The notes beneath the pieces were generated by a model. That model was not told the origin of the DNA and did no database searches. It saw only the letters and a program-made list of their open reading frames with translations. A stretch of DNA of 64,000 bases from Oculina patagonica (lineage: Eukaryota), in assembly GCF_052425735.1 (NCBI RefSeq), contig NC_135761.1:33666001-33730000 (forward strand). The letters run 5' to 3'. Position numbers and translations under genes: made by a program. Shown here piece by piece: positions 12,401 to 23,855 of the stretch (positions are counted from its first letter, which is position 1; each line of letters opens with the position of its first letter).

Positions 12401-15400
12401 AACGAGGAGACACTGAGTGGCATGGGCACATTTCATGCCACGCAGTTTGCTGCATTGCGCAGAAAGAATGAAGAAGAACCAAAAGTGGACCTGAAAATTG
12501 TTCCAAACTCAAGCAGGAAACTCAATTTGGAAATCCCATCTGAGTTACACGAGCTTCAGCAAGTAGATATTAGGGCTGGGAAACCAGAACCAGTGATGAA
12601 TGAGCCAGTGGTTGCCGAGTGGTACGAGCCTGACAAGACGTTGATTAAGGAAACGTTCAGGAAGGAACTGGCGTGGATTTTATCCCGTCTTGTGAAGCAA
12701 CAACCTGAGGTTCAGCGTGTTCCAGGGTGGACAGGTTTCAACCATTTGTTGTCAAAGAATGACCCACAACCGACAATCATTGGCCCGCTTCCTATCCTCA
12801 ATGCCGCAGCTCATGAATTTGACACTTTGTGGACGGTGATCCTCAAATGTCAGGCAATGACAAAGCTGACACATGGCCAATACAGCGTCATCACTATAGA
12901 CGAAGCCCTCTACAACAAAGCCAAGATGCTGCAGTGGACAAGAACTGAAGAGTGCAAGGATGTCGTCATTATGCTTGGAGGGTTTCACACTCAGATGACC
13001 TTCTCCAAAGTGATTGGGAAGTACATGGAATCTTCTGGACTTAGTGACATCTGGGTGGAAAGTGAAGTTTTCGGAGAGTCAACCGCCCTGAATGTTTTGA
13101 AAGGCAAAGTGTGGAATCGTGTCATTAGAGCTCACAAGTTGAGTTATGAAGCCCTTTGGAGGGTTCTGTGGCCTCTCTTTTTGGCATGGTCCCAAGAAAA
13201 TGGAAAGAATTTAGATGGTTCCTTAGAAGTTCTTGGAAGAAAGCTGGCCGAGGGCTTTTCTACCGGAACAAATGAAGAAAGGGACGCTGCTTATGCATCT
13301 CTGATGGAGGCACTTACCCGAATACCTGAAGTCATTGAGGAGTTTGAAGCAGCGCACGCAGACAGCGCAACTTTCTGCTACTGGCGAAAGAACATGTACA
13401 TGGTCTCCATTCTGCTGAGGTTCACAAGAGCTCTTCGTGAGGGTGACTGGGCACTCTATCTTTCATCATTTGCTGAGATGCTTCCCTGGTTTGCTGCTTA
13501 CGACCATGTTAACTACACCAGGTGGGGAGCAGTTTTTCTAGCTGACATGAGCCTCCTACCGCAGTCAGCACCGGAGGTCCATCAGGGGTTCCAAAACGGT
13601 GATTTTGTTACCAAGGAAGCACTAAGCAAATTTAATCAAATTCCTGATGACCAAGCCTTGGAGCATGTCAACAGAGCTGGGAAAGTAGCAGGAGGGCTGG
13701 TGGGGATAACACGAACTGACACAGCACGAGATCGTTGGTGCCTCACGTACAATGAGAGAGCCCAGTTATCTGAGGATACTAAAGTTATGTTTGGCATTTT
13801 TGGCGAAGAAGAAACTGACCACAAAGATTGTGGACGTGCTAGAATGCGGCGGGATGAAGAAGATGTCCATAAGCTTGTTGCACAGTTCCAGCGGTATAAG
13901 GTGTTCCGCCTTTCGACTGACCTAGTTGCTGTCACTACCGGTGATGTCGCTACCGAGGAAATCAAGCAAGACCTTCTTCAGTCACAGAGCGTGGGAAATA
14001 CTGCCATCAAGGACTTTGTTCATGACAGATTAATTACGAAGCAGACAAAGTTCCATGAGAAAATCAAGCAGCATAAGCTCAAAACATTTGAAGCACTTTA
14101 TTCAGTTCCTGTGAGATTGGATAAAGACAAAACGATTTCTATCAAGGCGGACAGAGATCTGTTCAGGCGAGTGATTGTTGCTCTAGAATCTGGACGCGAC
14201 GTGGATGTAGACTCATTATTGCAACGGGAGCTGTCCCCAGTTCCACTATCGTTAGCTACCGTGGATGGCAAACTAAGATATGCTTCCAGCAAGTCTGATT
14301 TAAGTCACATTCTTCAAAAAAACACAGTACAGAACCAAGCTCCCTTGAATCACAGTCAAACCTGCACAATCATTGATGGAATGGCAGCTATACAATCTAT
14401 GGGGAATCGCTCTGGAGCAAAGACTTTCGGGGAGTGGTGTAACATGTTTTTAAAGTACGCTGTTTCCCACTTTTCTGACAGATGAAGCAGGATTGACATT
14501 GTCTTCGATCGATACCTAGAGAACTCCATCAAAGGCGGAACACGTGCTAAGCGAAAAAGCGGAAAAGAGAAAGGAATAAAGAGGAATGTTGATTGCAGAG
14601 AACAGAAGATTGGCAACTGGGACAGGTTCATTATCATGGACGAGAACAAGGCAAGCCTAGTTAACTTTCTGTGTACGGAAACGTCTCAAAGCTATCACGG
14701 GCATTCAAGGAAGGAGCTGGTCTTAAGTGGAGGCTTCACTGACCCAAAGAAGGTGTGGTCGTCTACTGACAGACATCTGGCTGGATTGGCGTCAGACCAT
14801 GAGGAAGCCGACACACGTATTCTACTTTATGCAAGAGATGCTACCATTCGAGGTTATCAGCAGATTAATGTCGTATGTCGGGACACTGATGTCCTCGTTC
14901 TCCTCGCCGCGCACCTACCAGAGCTTTCCCCTTCTGTGTGGATCTTCACTGGGACAGCCAAACGGAAGCTTTATGTTCCTGTACATCGAATCCGCTTAAG
15001 TGAAGAGAACAGGAGTTCCCTACTAGCTTTCCATGCTATCACTGGCTGTGATACGACTAGCCAATTTGCTGGTATTGGCAAGCAGTCGGCTTGGAGCATC
15101 TTTGTCACCTATTCTGAGCTGCTTCAACATCTTGGAAGAGAAGAGTGTCCAGATGATAAAGTGCTCTCTGATGCTGAAGCCTTTGTCTGCAAGCTGTACA
15201 ACAGAGGGACAGTTGAGGTTCTCATCAACAGTGAAAGAGCGGCAGCTTTTCGAAGAGCAAAGAAAAGCTTGGATAGTCTCCCTCCAACTCAAGATGCCTT
15301 GCACCTTCACATCAAGCGAGCTCACCATCAAACATATGTGTGGAAGAGAGCTCTAGAACCCTGCCCTGTGTTGCCCAACCCAGATGGTAGTGGATGGCAC

Positions 15401-15604
15401 TACAATGAAGATGGCATCCTCAAGCCCAAGCTTGTCACCTTGGAACAGGTCTCAGAAGGATGTTTGCAGCTGGTGTATTGTGGATGCACTCGAGAGGGTA
15501 ACTGCTGTGCTACAAGGCGATGCACGTGTTTTAGGCTGTCCCTGAATTGTTCCAGAGCCTGCAAATGTGGCGACTTGTGTAGAAACATTACTGTTTTAGA
15601 TTGA
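9415..15604 (+). pseudogene. Academ transposase (about 1563 aa reconstructed) with XPG/PIN-like and C-terminal CXC regions; interrupted by a LINE and one nonsense codon
   Basis: 9415-10371 joined to 11870-15604 is one frame (SPD|AAED), with a single TGA at 14483-14485. Motifs: CIICQ, WHRGCY, YHLKCY, DEALY, MLGGFH, DQALEH, IIDGMA, DIVFDRY, HEEADTR, DTDVLV, HAITGCDTTS, and a terminal Cys cluster. Confidence 0.88.
10372..11869 (+). mobile_element. 5'-truncated CR1/L2-group LINE (RT and C-terminus, 3' UTR, (TATG)n tail)
   Basis: RT motifs LDLSKAFD, GVPQGSILGP, FADD and LLGITLD, with an uninterrupted frame to TAA at 11595. AATAAA is followed by a (TATG)6 tail that shares ATG microhomology with the target. 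Confidence 0.92.
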
Positions 15605-16411
15605 ACTTTAAAGTCTGCTTTTCAAAACCAGAAGTGCATATTTTCAGTATTGCCATATACAAATTTGTTTTTATCAAGAGTCTGTGATTTGTACGTAACA
15701 TACGAAACACAAGAAAATACGTGAAAGGTCACGTGACACTTCAGATATTTTGGTGTATACTTGAAGACAGAATACAACTAAAGAATTGTATTATGAATGA
15801 TTTTGTTTATGAGTTCATGATCATTTTTATACTTGATATTGTAATGTCTTGGCTTTTCCCTTTAATTTAAATGATTCCATTGCTATGGGTCACGTGACTA
15901 GAGTAATGCATCACGTGACCACCACATGCCGATTATGTCACATTATAAATATTTGATATTCTTATTTAGACATTTGTGGTGATTTTCTGTGCTATTTGGC
16001 CAAAGTTTTGGTGTCTTTTGTAAAGATGCTTGATCTGGCCTCGTTTCCATGTTGAATAATTGAGGCTCTCAGCAGAACCCCCTTAAATTGCCATACGAAT
16101 TAAAATTCACACCGGAAACAGCAAAATTCTTGAAAAGGACTACAAGACGAATATTTTAAGCCCTGTTTCCTGCTTCTACTCAAAAAGTTTAGCGAAAGTG
16201 ATTTTTTGGCGTTCTGCCACCTGACTAATACGGAAGACTGCTTCGAAGAAGATTACAGATACAGGCTACTGAGTGACAATACCCCCCAAAAAAGAGAAAA
16301 AGGCAGACGCAATACCAACCAATGTTACGATTATGCTATTTTACTTTTTTACTTTATTTCAGGGAGGATTTTTAATCAACCAGAGAAACTCTCTGTTGTT
16401 GTTGTTGACTT

Positions 16412-17018
16412 CGTCGTATTTTCTCGATTAAAAACGGGTCCCCGATTAAACGCCGGCTTCGTATAAACGCCGGGTTAAAACTGCTAACTTTTAAATAAAC
16501 CCTGGGAGCGTTTGATCGAGGTCCCGGCGATTTTTGTGGTCAAGCAAACAAGTAAATATATTCTTTTCAGTAGCACTGCTACGACAAACTGGTACGGTCT
16601 GCTACTTTGGTAATTTTTTATAATGTTCAAGGAAACGTCCGGCGTAAAATAACTAGGATGGATGCTGTAAACAAAACGAAACAGCAATGTTCGCGTTCAT
16701 GTCGTCACGACTGACTCGAACAGTGGAGGAGGACGTTTATTGCCGCGAAGGACATTGGCGACATTGCCGTTTATGGACTTATTGGTTGTTTATGTTCTGT
16801 TTGTCACAAATCTTGATTGCAACATGCACGTACCGTATGCAATACTGCAACATTGGTATCATGATCATCCTCGGAGACCCAGAGACAGATTGTCGAGCGG
16901 GACGACGAGAAAAATCGAGGGTCTCGAAGGATAGGTAATAATATATCAACCTGAAAAAGTTGCAGAAAATTGCATTGCGCTTTGATAATGAACTCGATCG
17001 GACCCCGATTTAACGCCG
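16412..17018. mobile_element. Pogo-like MITE remnant (TAAACGCCGG subrepeats)
   Basis: CGTATTTTCTCGATTAAAAACGGG...TAAACGCCGG repeats at 16415-16475, and a partial motif at 17000-17018. Confidence 0.45.
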
Positions 17019-17577
17019 GAACACACAAATATTTGTGTCCGCTTTTGAGCAATTGTTCTTTAAATATTGAAAGACGGTGAAAACGAAAATACCTCTTTTT
17101 GTATTTCTTGGAGCTCTGTTTAAGCAAAATGGAGCTGCACAAACAGGTATTTTGACAAAGAAAAGCCACTACAAAGAAACAAGAAGTTTGAAGTAATTAA
17201 AATTTTCTCGCTCAACTTCAGGCTGAGCTCTTCGACGTCACGCATACATAAACAGCTCCAAGAGGGCGGCGTTCAGTTGTCGAGTTTTGGGCTACTTCAG
17301 AAAAGGATTTCGTATGGTTTAAGCGCTTGTTAGAAGCTGAAATTTTGGTGAATAACATATCTTTGCATAAACTTTTTATTGGCGTAAAAAAATTAATGGC
17401 CATTCTGGAGTGAACTTCTCCTTTAACATTCGTAAACTCTCTTTGTCGCCGGGTTCTCCATTTTGTCGTAATTTCTCTTTGTCGTCATGTTCTTCATGTC
17501 GTCTACGACGGTATAAGGAGGTCAGCGGTAACTCCCGCCAATATTTAAAACAAGGTGGCGACGATGGCGACCAAGCG

Positions 17578-18402
17578 ATGTTAGAAGAAACAGCTAAGAA
17601 ATGTCCCAGTTCAGTTCACGTTTCACCAGCCCTTAATCTGAAGAACCACATTTCATCAGCTATCTGTGAAGTCATTCGCCTACTTGAAAATCTCAGGTTT
17701 AGTGATGATAACGGAAACCTACTTGATTACTCGCTATACAAGCTTGAACAGGTCGTCTTTCTCTGCGTTTGCAGTCAAAATATATGGCCAAATTTTTTAA
17801 CTGACGAGGTTATTCAGCTGCTTCTGAATGCATATAATAACCTATCTCAAGACAACTGTGAAACTGATTCTCGTACGCCGACTAACTGTCAAGCAATTTA
17901 TACAGGGTCGGCAGGTAGGCCAGCTTTTGATATTCCAAGAGAAACTTTAAAACTGTACTTGAGCTATGGTTTTTCTCTTCGAAAGATTGCTGATATGTTT
18001 GGGACTTCGAGAAAAACGATTAAGTAGGCGTGTTAAGTCATATAGCTTATGAGAAGAAGTCCCAAAGTATGACGATATCTCAGATTAGGCCTTGGACTCT
18101 ACCGTTTCTGCTGTATTACACAACTTTCCCAACTGTGGTATAAGAAGAATGAAAGGGTTCTTGCTTGGGCAATGTATTAGAGTGCAGTGGAGTCGTGTGA
18201 GGTCGTCTCTGTGGAGAACTGATCCCAGTGGTATTCTGCTACGAACTTCCCAACTCAATATTGTAAATCGGCATCATTACAGTGTGCCTGCACCCAGATC
18301 ATTAAGGCACTTGGATGGCAACCATAAGTTGATCAGATGGGGATTTGTTATTCATGGATGTGTGGATGGATTCTCAAGACGAATTATGTTTTTGAAATGC
18401 AG
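17578..18402 (+). pseudogene. IS3EU-type integrase-core transposase (truncated, stops and frameshift)
   Basis: HTH region GRPAFDIPRETL...GFSLRKIADMFGTSRKT, then [41 protein letters not shown]. Confidence 0.8.
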
Positions 18403-18760
18403 TAGCTTCAGTTACTGGGGCTCATGTTGCCCAAATACAGTTACAAGAGGAATGTACACAAGCGAATGTTTGTATCCTTCAGTCCTTTGTTCCAGAGAGT
18501 AAACATTCGAAGTATTTTTTAATCAGAAATGACAATAGTTTTATAAATTCCTTCAAACTATGCTGCAATGCAATCCTAACAAACAACAAAATAGACAATA
18601 ACAATGCAGGTAACAATAAGAAGCTGGAAGGTTTGCAAAATCGAGTGCCTAGCTTTGAGGACTTACTGCCCTTACGGCAATGGGTAAATGAAATTGCCCG
18701 ATCATGCATGGAGGTTGCTTTTCTGTAATCTTACTCATGTATAACAGAACGTCTCTCTGA
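18403..18760 (+). pseudogene. Probable C-terminal part of the ISL2EU YqaJ-like gene
   Basis: Open frame [29 protein letters not shown]...LRQWVNEIARSC resembles the YqaJ QxQxQ(M)xxT...C motif. It is convergent with the transposase end at 19563. Confidence 0.4.
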
Positions 18761-19562
18761 CAAGAGCTTTAACTTAAATCAGCATTTCAAAGTAAATATT
18801 TATTTAAAAATACAATTTGATGCAATACATGTAAATATTCATATTTTTAAATGTAGAAGTTAACTTAAACTATACTCTTAAATATATCTTGAATATGTTA
18901 TCAATAAATTACCACATGTAAGAAAAGAAATATAATTAGTGTTTGACACTGGATATAAATTAATGATTTTTCACTTCTGACTTGAACAGTTTCACTGCAC
19001 TTGATTATATACCGGTATATAAATATTAAAAAATTATGTGCTCTTCAAAATCCTGTATTCTAAAACTTTCAGGGATATCAAAGTCTGGAATAATATACAT
19101 CACCTAAGTATGTACAAATCAAATAGAATATACAAAATTGTATGTACAAAACTTTACATATTTGCTATACCAAAAAGAGAAATACTATAAGATGTTGAAT
19201 TATTTTTGCTTCTGTTACTGGTATGCATGCTGTTGCTGTGGTTGCTGAGTTAATTATTATGTTCCAAAAAATATCCCTTCCTCTCCGACAAAAGGTTTTT
19301 CGGTTTGAATCCCAATGGCCCATTTTGGCTTTTGATCTGAACCACCCCCCTCCCCCTCCCCCCTTCAAAATACTTACTGACCTCCCATGGGGTGGGCTTG
19401 GATATTTTCTGTTTTTTTTTTTTTTTTTTTAAATTTTCTACTCTTTTACTTTTTTGTTATCCTGGGTTAATGTCAACCAGTTTCTGAAAAAACACAGCCG
19501 GGTGGGCCACAACACTTGATCATGAAAAGAGAGTTGACTGTACCTATCAATCATGAAAGATG

Positions 19563-20236
19563 TTATTCCTCATGTTCTTCTTCATCATTAATTAATGGTG
19601 GGAGGAACGCAGTCAACCAGCAACATACTTTCCAAAGTTTTGATAGAAGGTGTCCATAACGGATCGGGATATTTCCTTTAAAAATTCTGAAAACCTTGGT
19701 CCTTCTAATTGCTCGCTCGACATGCACTCTGACCTGAGAGTTCTTTCTGTTATGCACATCTTCTTCTTCGGTAAACTGCTTCTTGCCTTCCAATTTTACT
19801 GGTGTGTCGATTCTTACTCTATAATCATCCAGGATATGTTGCACAATAAAACCCTTGTCTGCCGATTCCCTTTATATTCAGACCATGTGGCACTCTGCTG
19901 AATAATTTGCCAAGATCTCTCAATGAAGATCTCAGTGCAGTCAATAATGAGATAGACATCCTCGTGCTCTGGCTTGAAACAACTGGGCAAAATCTTCTTC
20001 ATGGTTTCACGGTCAGTTAGGAATTTCAATTGTCTCGTACAATCATGCATACGGTCAATCCAAGTTGTAAAAATCTTTGACACCTCAGTTTGATCGATAA
20101 AAAACCTGTCAGCAAGGTCTTTCTCTAGTAAGCCAAGCCTCAGTTTATTCAAGGTTAAAAAGAACTCATCAATCTCGACGAGATTACGAGGTCTTCCTCT
20201 ACACACTACATAAGACGGATGTTTCGTGACATAAGT
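19563..20236 (-). pseudogene. 3' half of the ISL2EU transposase (HTH_Tnp_4 + DDE_Tnp_4)
   Basis: GRPRNL...EFFLTLNKLRLG...DLADRF, IIDCTE, DKGF, RVHVERAIRR, FLPPLI. Internal deletion/frameshift near 19865. Confidence 0.85.
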
Positions 20237-20242
20237 GTATCC

Positions 20243-20688
20243 AGTAGTTTACCGGGAATGGGTAGACCAATTTATTCATGAATTCAACAGGCCTGAGTTA
20301 ATGAGCTCTGTATATCCAGAACTGGTTTAATGAGATTCGTGTCACGCAGGTATAGGAGCTGGTTTAATGAGATGCGTGTCACGTTGGTTTATGGACAAAT
20401 TCAATGAGATACGAGTCATTATGCAGGGTATTGTTTTGAGTATTTATTGTTGAATATTACATGAGTTTTTAGGAGAGATGTTGGTGTTGTTATAGAGTTA
20501 TTGAACCACCCAACCAGCCGGGTAGTGATGCAGTTATATAGAAGGAGAACAAAGACTTGTAAAACAACCAATCAGGGAGTACCGTCAAACAAGTCAAACC
20601 AGTTTTGATTCCGGTTGGATTTGATTATTCAAAATGGCGCATGTATCTTGTTTGGTAGCTGGTCAAACCGGTTTTCAGGCTGGATAAA
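20243..20688 (+). repeat. Polinton left TIR (446 bp)
   Basis: Reverse complement of 37942-38212 plus 42116-42290, with about 5 mismatches counted by eye. Internal repeat GGTTTAATGAGAT.CGTGTCACG occurs twice. Confidence 0.95.
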
Positions 20689-20767
20689 TGTTTTCAAAAT
20701 GGTGTCTGGAAAACTTTAAATAGGGTTTGTACGCAAGAGAAAAAAAAAATCATTTATAAACCAAGCA

Positions 20768-21160
20768 ATGGAGTGCCTGATACAGAAGCAAAGTCTTGCT
20801 TTGCAAGTGGAAGCTTTATCAAAACGGATGCAGCGTCTAAATATGGAGGATAAGGTGGTGACCTTATTGAATAAACTTTGGGATAAAATGTGTATGAACA
20901 CAACAGCACGACGACCTGTTGAAATCACGTGTGAAGATCATGGCATGGAATTCTCGGTTGGCGAATTAATGGTTCCAACATTTTACTTTATGAACGAAGA
21001 GAAATTTTGGTCAAAGCTACAGTATGTTTTTAAGTTACAAGTACAATCAGAACATTGGCTCGAGACTTCAATCTACCATCACTTTGTGAGCGACTGGAAT
21101 ACGGACCCTTTCATACCTTGGTATTGGAAACGTCAAGGAAAACACACATTTGGACTGTAA
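20768..21160 (+). CDS. Polinton accessory ORF, 130 aa, unknown
   Basis: Intact ATG-to-stop ORF directly inside the left TIR, with TATA-like TTTATAAA at about 20753. Confidence 0.55.
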   Translation: MECLIQKQSLALQVEALSKRMQRLNMEDKVVTLLNKLWDKMCMNTTARRPVEITCEDHGMEFSVGELMVPTFYFMNEEKFWSKLQYVFKLQVQSEHWLETSIYHHFVSDWNTDPFIPWYWKRQGKHTFGL

Positions 21161-21344
21161 AGCGAAAATTTGTTTGTTTACAGATATTTATTTTCATTTG
21201 TCATATAACGTTTCTAAGTATTAACAATAAAAAAGGAAAACATAGAGAAAACTGCGCTATATTACATTGCTGTATAATTTGTGCAAAAAAAAAGAGAGTA
21301 AATTTAAACTTGTAAAGTGAAAAGCTGTTGTATTTACAATTGAA

Positions 21345-21629
21345 TAGCATGCATTTACTTCAGTTATTAAATGCAATACAAATCGTGAGTTTGCATTTAC
21401 AATAAGACCAATAAAAAAATAAAACAAAACAAACTGTCAGCATTGTTTGAGACTGACAAGCAAAGTCACCCGACATAATACTGAAAAATCCTTTGTGTCA
21501 GTCTCAAACAATGCTCACAGTTTGAATTATTGTTACACAACGATTTGTGTGCCGCTATTCGTCTTACTATAAATGCAAACTCGTGTTTTTGAATCGCATT
21601 TAACCCCGTTCTGAAGTAAATGCATGCTA
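21345..21629. repeat. Imperfect inverted repeat (foldback) spanning the RING gene stop codon
   Basis: 21431-21458 pairs with 21496-21523 (27/28), and 21345-21363 pairs with 21611-21629 (19/19). The segments between also align. Confidence 0.88.
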
Positions 21630-23165
21630 GACATCTTTCCTGTACTTCGGTCTCTGGATGTCTTGTTGCGCAAATCTGCCAGAGAAACAAAAATAGGTAA
21701 AATTAATAACAAATTAATAATGAACAAAACAGGATTTAAACAATTAGTTTCCTTCAATTAATTTCTTACCTGATTCAAGCGCATCATAACTCTTTCATCT
21801 GCCTCTATGAGTTCCTGATTTGGAAGTTTATATGCGCGGGTACAAAAAGGGCAACCTGCAGCCCTCATGGATCTCGAACGTTTCCATCTGAAATAAAACC
21901 AAATGTAAAGCTGAGCGAATTGTAAACAATACACTAACAATTAAAATGCAAAGCGAAGCGAAATGTAAACAATGCGTTCAACAATTAAAAGAAAAAAATC
22001 TCAACTAAAAAAAACAGCGCGCTTTCTTACCTTCTAATACATTTCTTATGTACTATAGTATCGCAACAGCGCGTCATCGGTAGATTAAAATCGTCGTCCA
22101 TACATATCATGCAAGTGTTCAAAATCTGCAAGATAAATCATATCATTCAGCCCGGTATTTTATCAAAAGAAATGAATTCTATTGAGAAACAATGAGTAAT
22201 TCCCTCATGGGAAGTATTTCTTTAATTACATAAGCCATGTAATGAATTACACATTGATTGCGTTTAATGAAATAACTTTTAATTAAACTTTACCAGAGAA
22301 CGTTACTCTGAAAATTACTCTGTTAATAACAGTAGAGGGAACATCATTTCCTTAAATTAACTTTTACATGTATACTAAAGAAAATGTCTTATCCTAACTG
22401 CACCCTTTTTTTTTATATAAAAATGGTTTTTTTAACTTCTTTTTAGAAAGGGTCAAGGCGTTATTTGAAAAGAAAATTTGTCAAAACGACGTTTGCATAT
22501 GCTTGAGTGAAATGCGTAAATTCCAATAAAGTAAGCACAGATACTCTCCAAATAACAGTAAACACGGAACTCTCGGTAGCGCAAAACGAGTGTTTAAATT
22601 TTCTTTCTTCGTTTATTGACGGCGTGATGTATCTTCGCATTTCAATACTTTTTGGCGCGCGTTTGCAAAACGCTTTCATAACACCTAAACAAAATAAAAC
22701 CTAATTTCATACCAGCAGAGTTACAATTTAATTCGAAATCAGGGTTCATTCGAATACGTTGCTATATGAAAAACGAATATCCTAAATTAAATCGGTTTTG
22801 GCTATTTGTATCTCACTAAAGTTCAAGATTTTTGGCGCGCATTTTGTTATAAAAGGTAAACGGAAAAAAAAAAGATTTGTTCAGGAAATTACGCATGTAA
22901 ACAAACTTCAGCCAAAACGGTTTTGAAATGTTTTTCCTAAACGAACCCTCTACTTTAAACTCTTTCCGTTTTTTATGATTCTTATAAACTTTGAAGTTTT
23001 GGCGCGCATTTTCAAACCAAACCCGACTTAACTTTGAAAAAGAAATCTACATTGCATAAACAGAGCTACTACTACATGGAAATTACTCTACAAAACAGAA
23101 CAGAACAGCCAACACATAAATTTACTTACCATTTGCACAATAACTTTAGTGATTTCAACATCCAT
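21466..23165 (-). CDS. Spliced 4-exon RING-finger protein (152 aa) with a C-terminal TAZ-like Zn motif; exons 23165-23130, 22125-22031, 21887-21770 and 21675-21466
   Basis: All three introns are GTAAG...YAG and phase-compatible (0, 2, 0). The product contains CMIC-x11-CC-x4-H-x2-C-x15-CPFC, then CLAC and H-x3-C-x5-C-x2-C. TATA and CCAAT lie upstream. Confidence 0.85.
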
Positions 23166-23855
23166 GATCGATAGCAACAAAATCAGCGACAGAAGTATAA
23201 TCACCAAACAGCAACACAGGTAGAGAGAGCAAACTGCGCGAGGCTTGGTTTATTGCATTCGCTTTATATAAAGCTATTCCTTCATGTTTATTGGTTGTGT
23301 TTATACAGAATGTGTATTCCATTTGCTGATTGGAAGATTTGGAACCCTTTTTATTCCGAAGTCAATGCGAAAATTGTACATCAGTTTTGTAAATCAGTAA
23401 AGGTAAAGTTATTTGCATAAGTAGCCCTTATCACAAGTTTATTAGCATAAGTCAACATTACGGTTGTCAACAACGTTTCGATAAAAAAAAAAAGATATAT
23501 CATATATTTAAACTTCTATTGATTTCTTTTCGTTTCTCAGTTCGTTGAAAGCTGTACTATTTGATTGGCGCATTTAAATAAACCGTAGGCCTAACGGTCT
23601 TGCAAATAAGATCGTTGCAAAAATAAATGCATGATTGGTTCATTTAAAATATTTTCGCTTGGAAAGCGTCCTTCCTAAATCCGGTGAGAAAGCTGTTAAA
23701 AAAAATGTAGAAATTGATTGGTCTGTGTAAAAGACAGAGCTTGTTTAACGGCGTCAGGATTAAAAACCAAACCGGTTTTTATAGCGTCATTTGACCAGTA
23801 AAATTTGCTATAAAAATGACATAACAGTTAAGGTTTTTAGTATACATTCAGAAAG
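23166..23855. promoter_or_regulatory. Divergent promoter region between the RING gene and the acidic ORF/pPolB unit
   Basis: TATA boxes at about 23265-23272 (palindromic GCTTTATATAAAGC) and 23809-23815. Several ATTGG/CCAAT boxes (about 23290, 23328, 23564, 23633, 23718). AACCGGTT at 23770. Confidence 0.6.

Larger units (their letters stand above)
8288..16227 (+). mobile_element. Academ (AcademX-type) DNA transposon, near full-length
   Basis: TAGTCAGGT...ACCTGACTA termini with a 3-bp ATA TSD (8285-8287 and 16228-16230). Long subterminal inverted repeats at about 8328-8550 and 15977-16197. Encodes a large transposase. Confidence 0.9.
7863..17422. mobile_element. Kolobok-type element with TTAA TSD and long imperfect inverted ends
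   Basis: TTAA|AGGAGAAGTTCACTCCAGAATGGCCATT...AATGGCCATTCTGGAGTGAACTTCTCCT|TTAA. Inverted similarity runs about 7863-8280 and 17016-17422. A THAP remnant (MPVCTAPC...WIIRMGR...VCSENY/TEDCFEED) is split by the Academ. Confidence 0.8.
7660..18402 (+). mobile_element. IS3EU-like DNA transposon, 3'-truncated
   Basis: Starts TATGGC, an IS3EU-type terminus. TCTTTGTCGTC-type subterminal repeats continue on both sides of the Kolobok insertion (7715-7855 and 17430-17500). Transposase at 17578-18402. The right end is missing. Confidence 0.6.
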
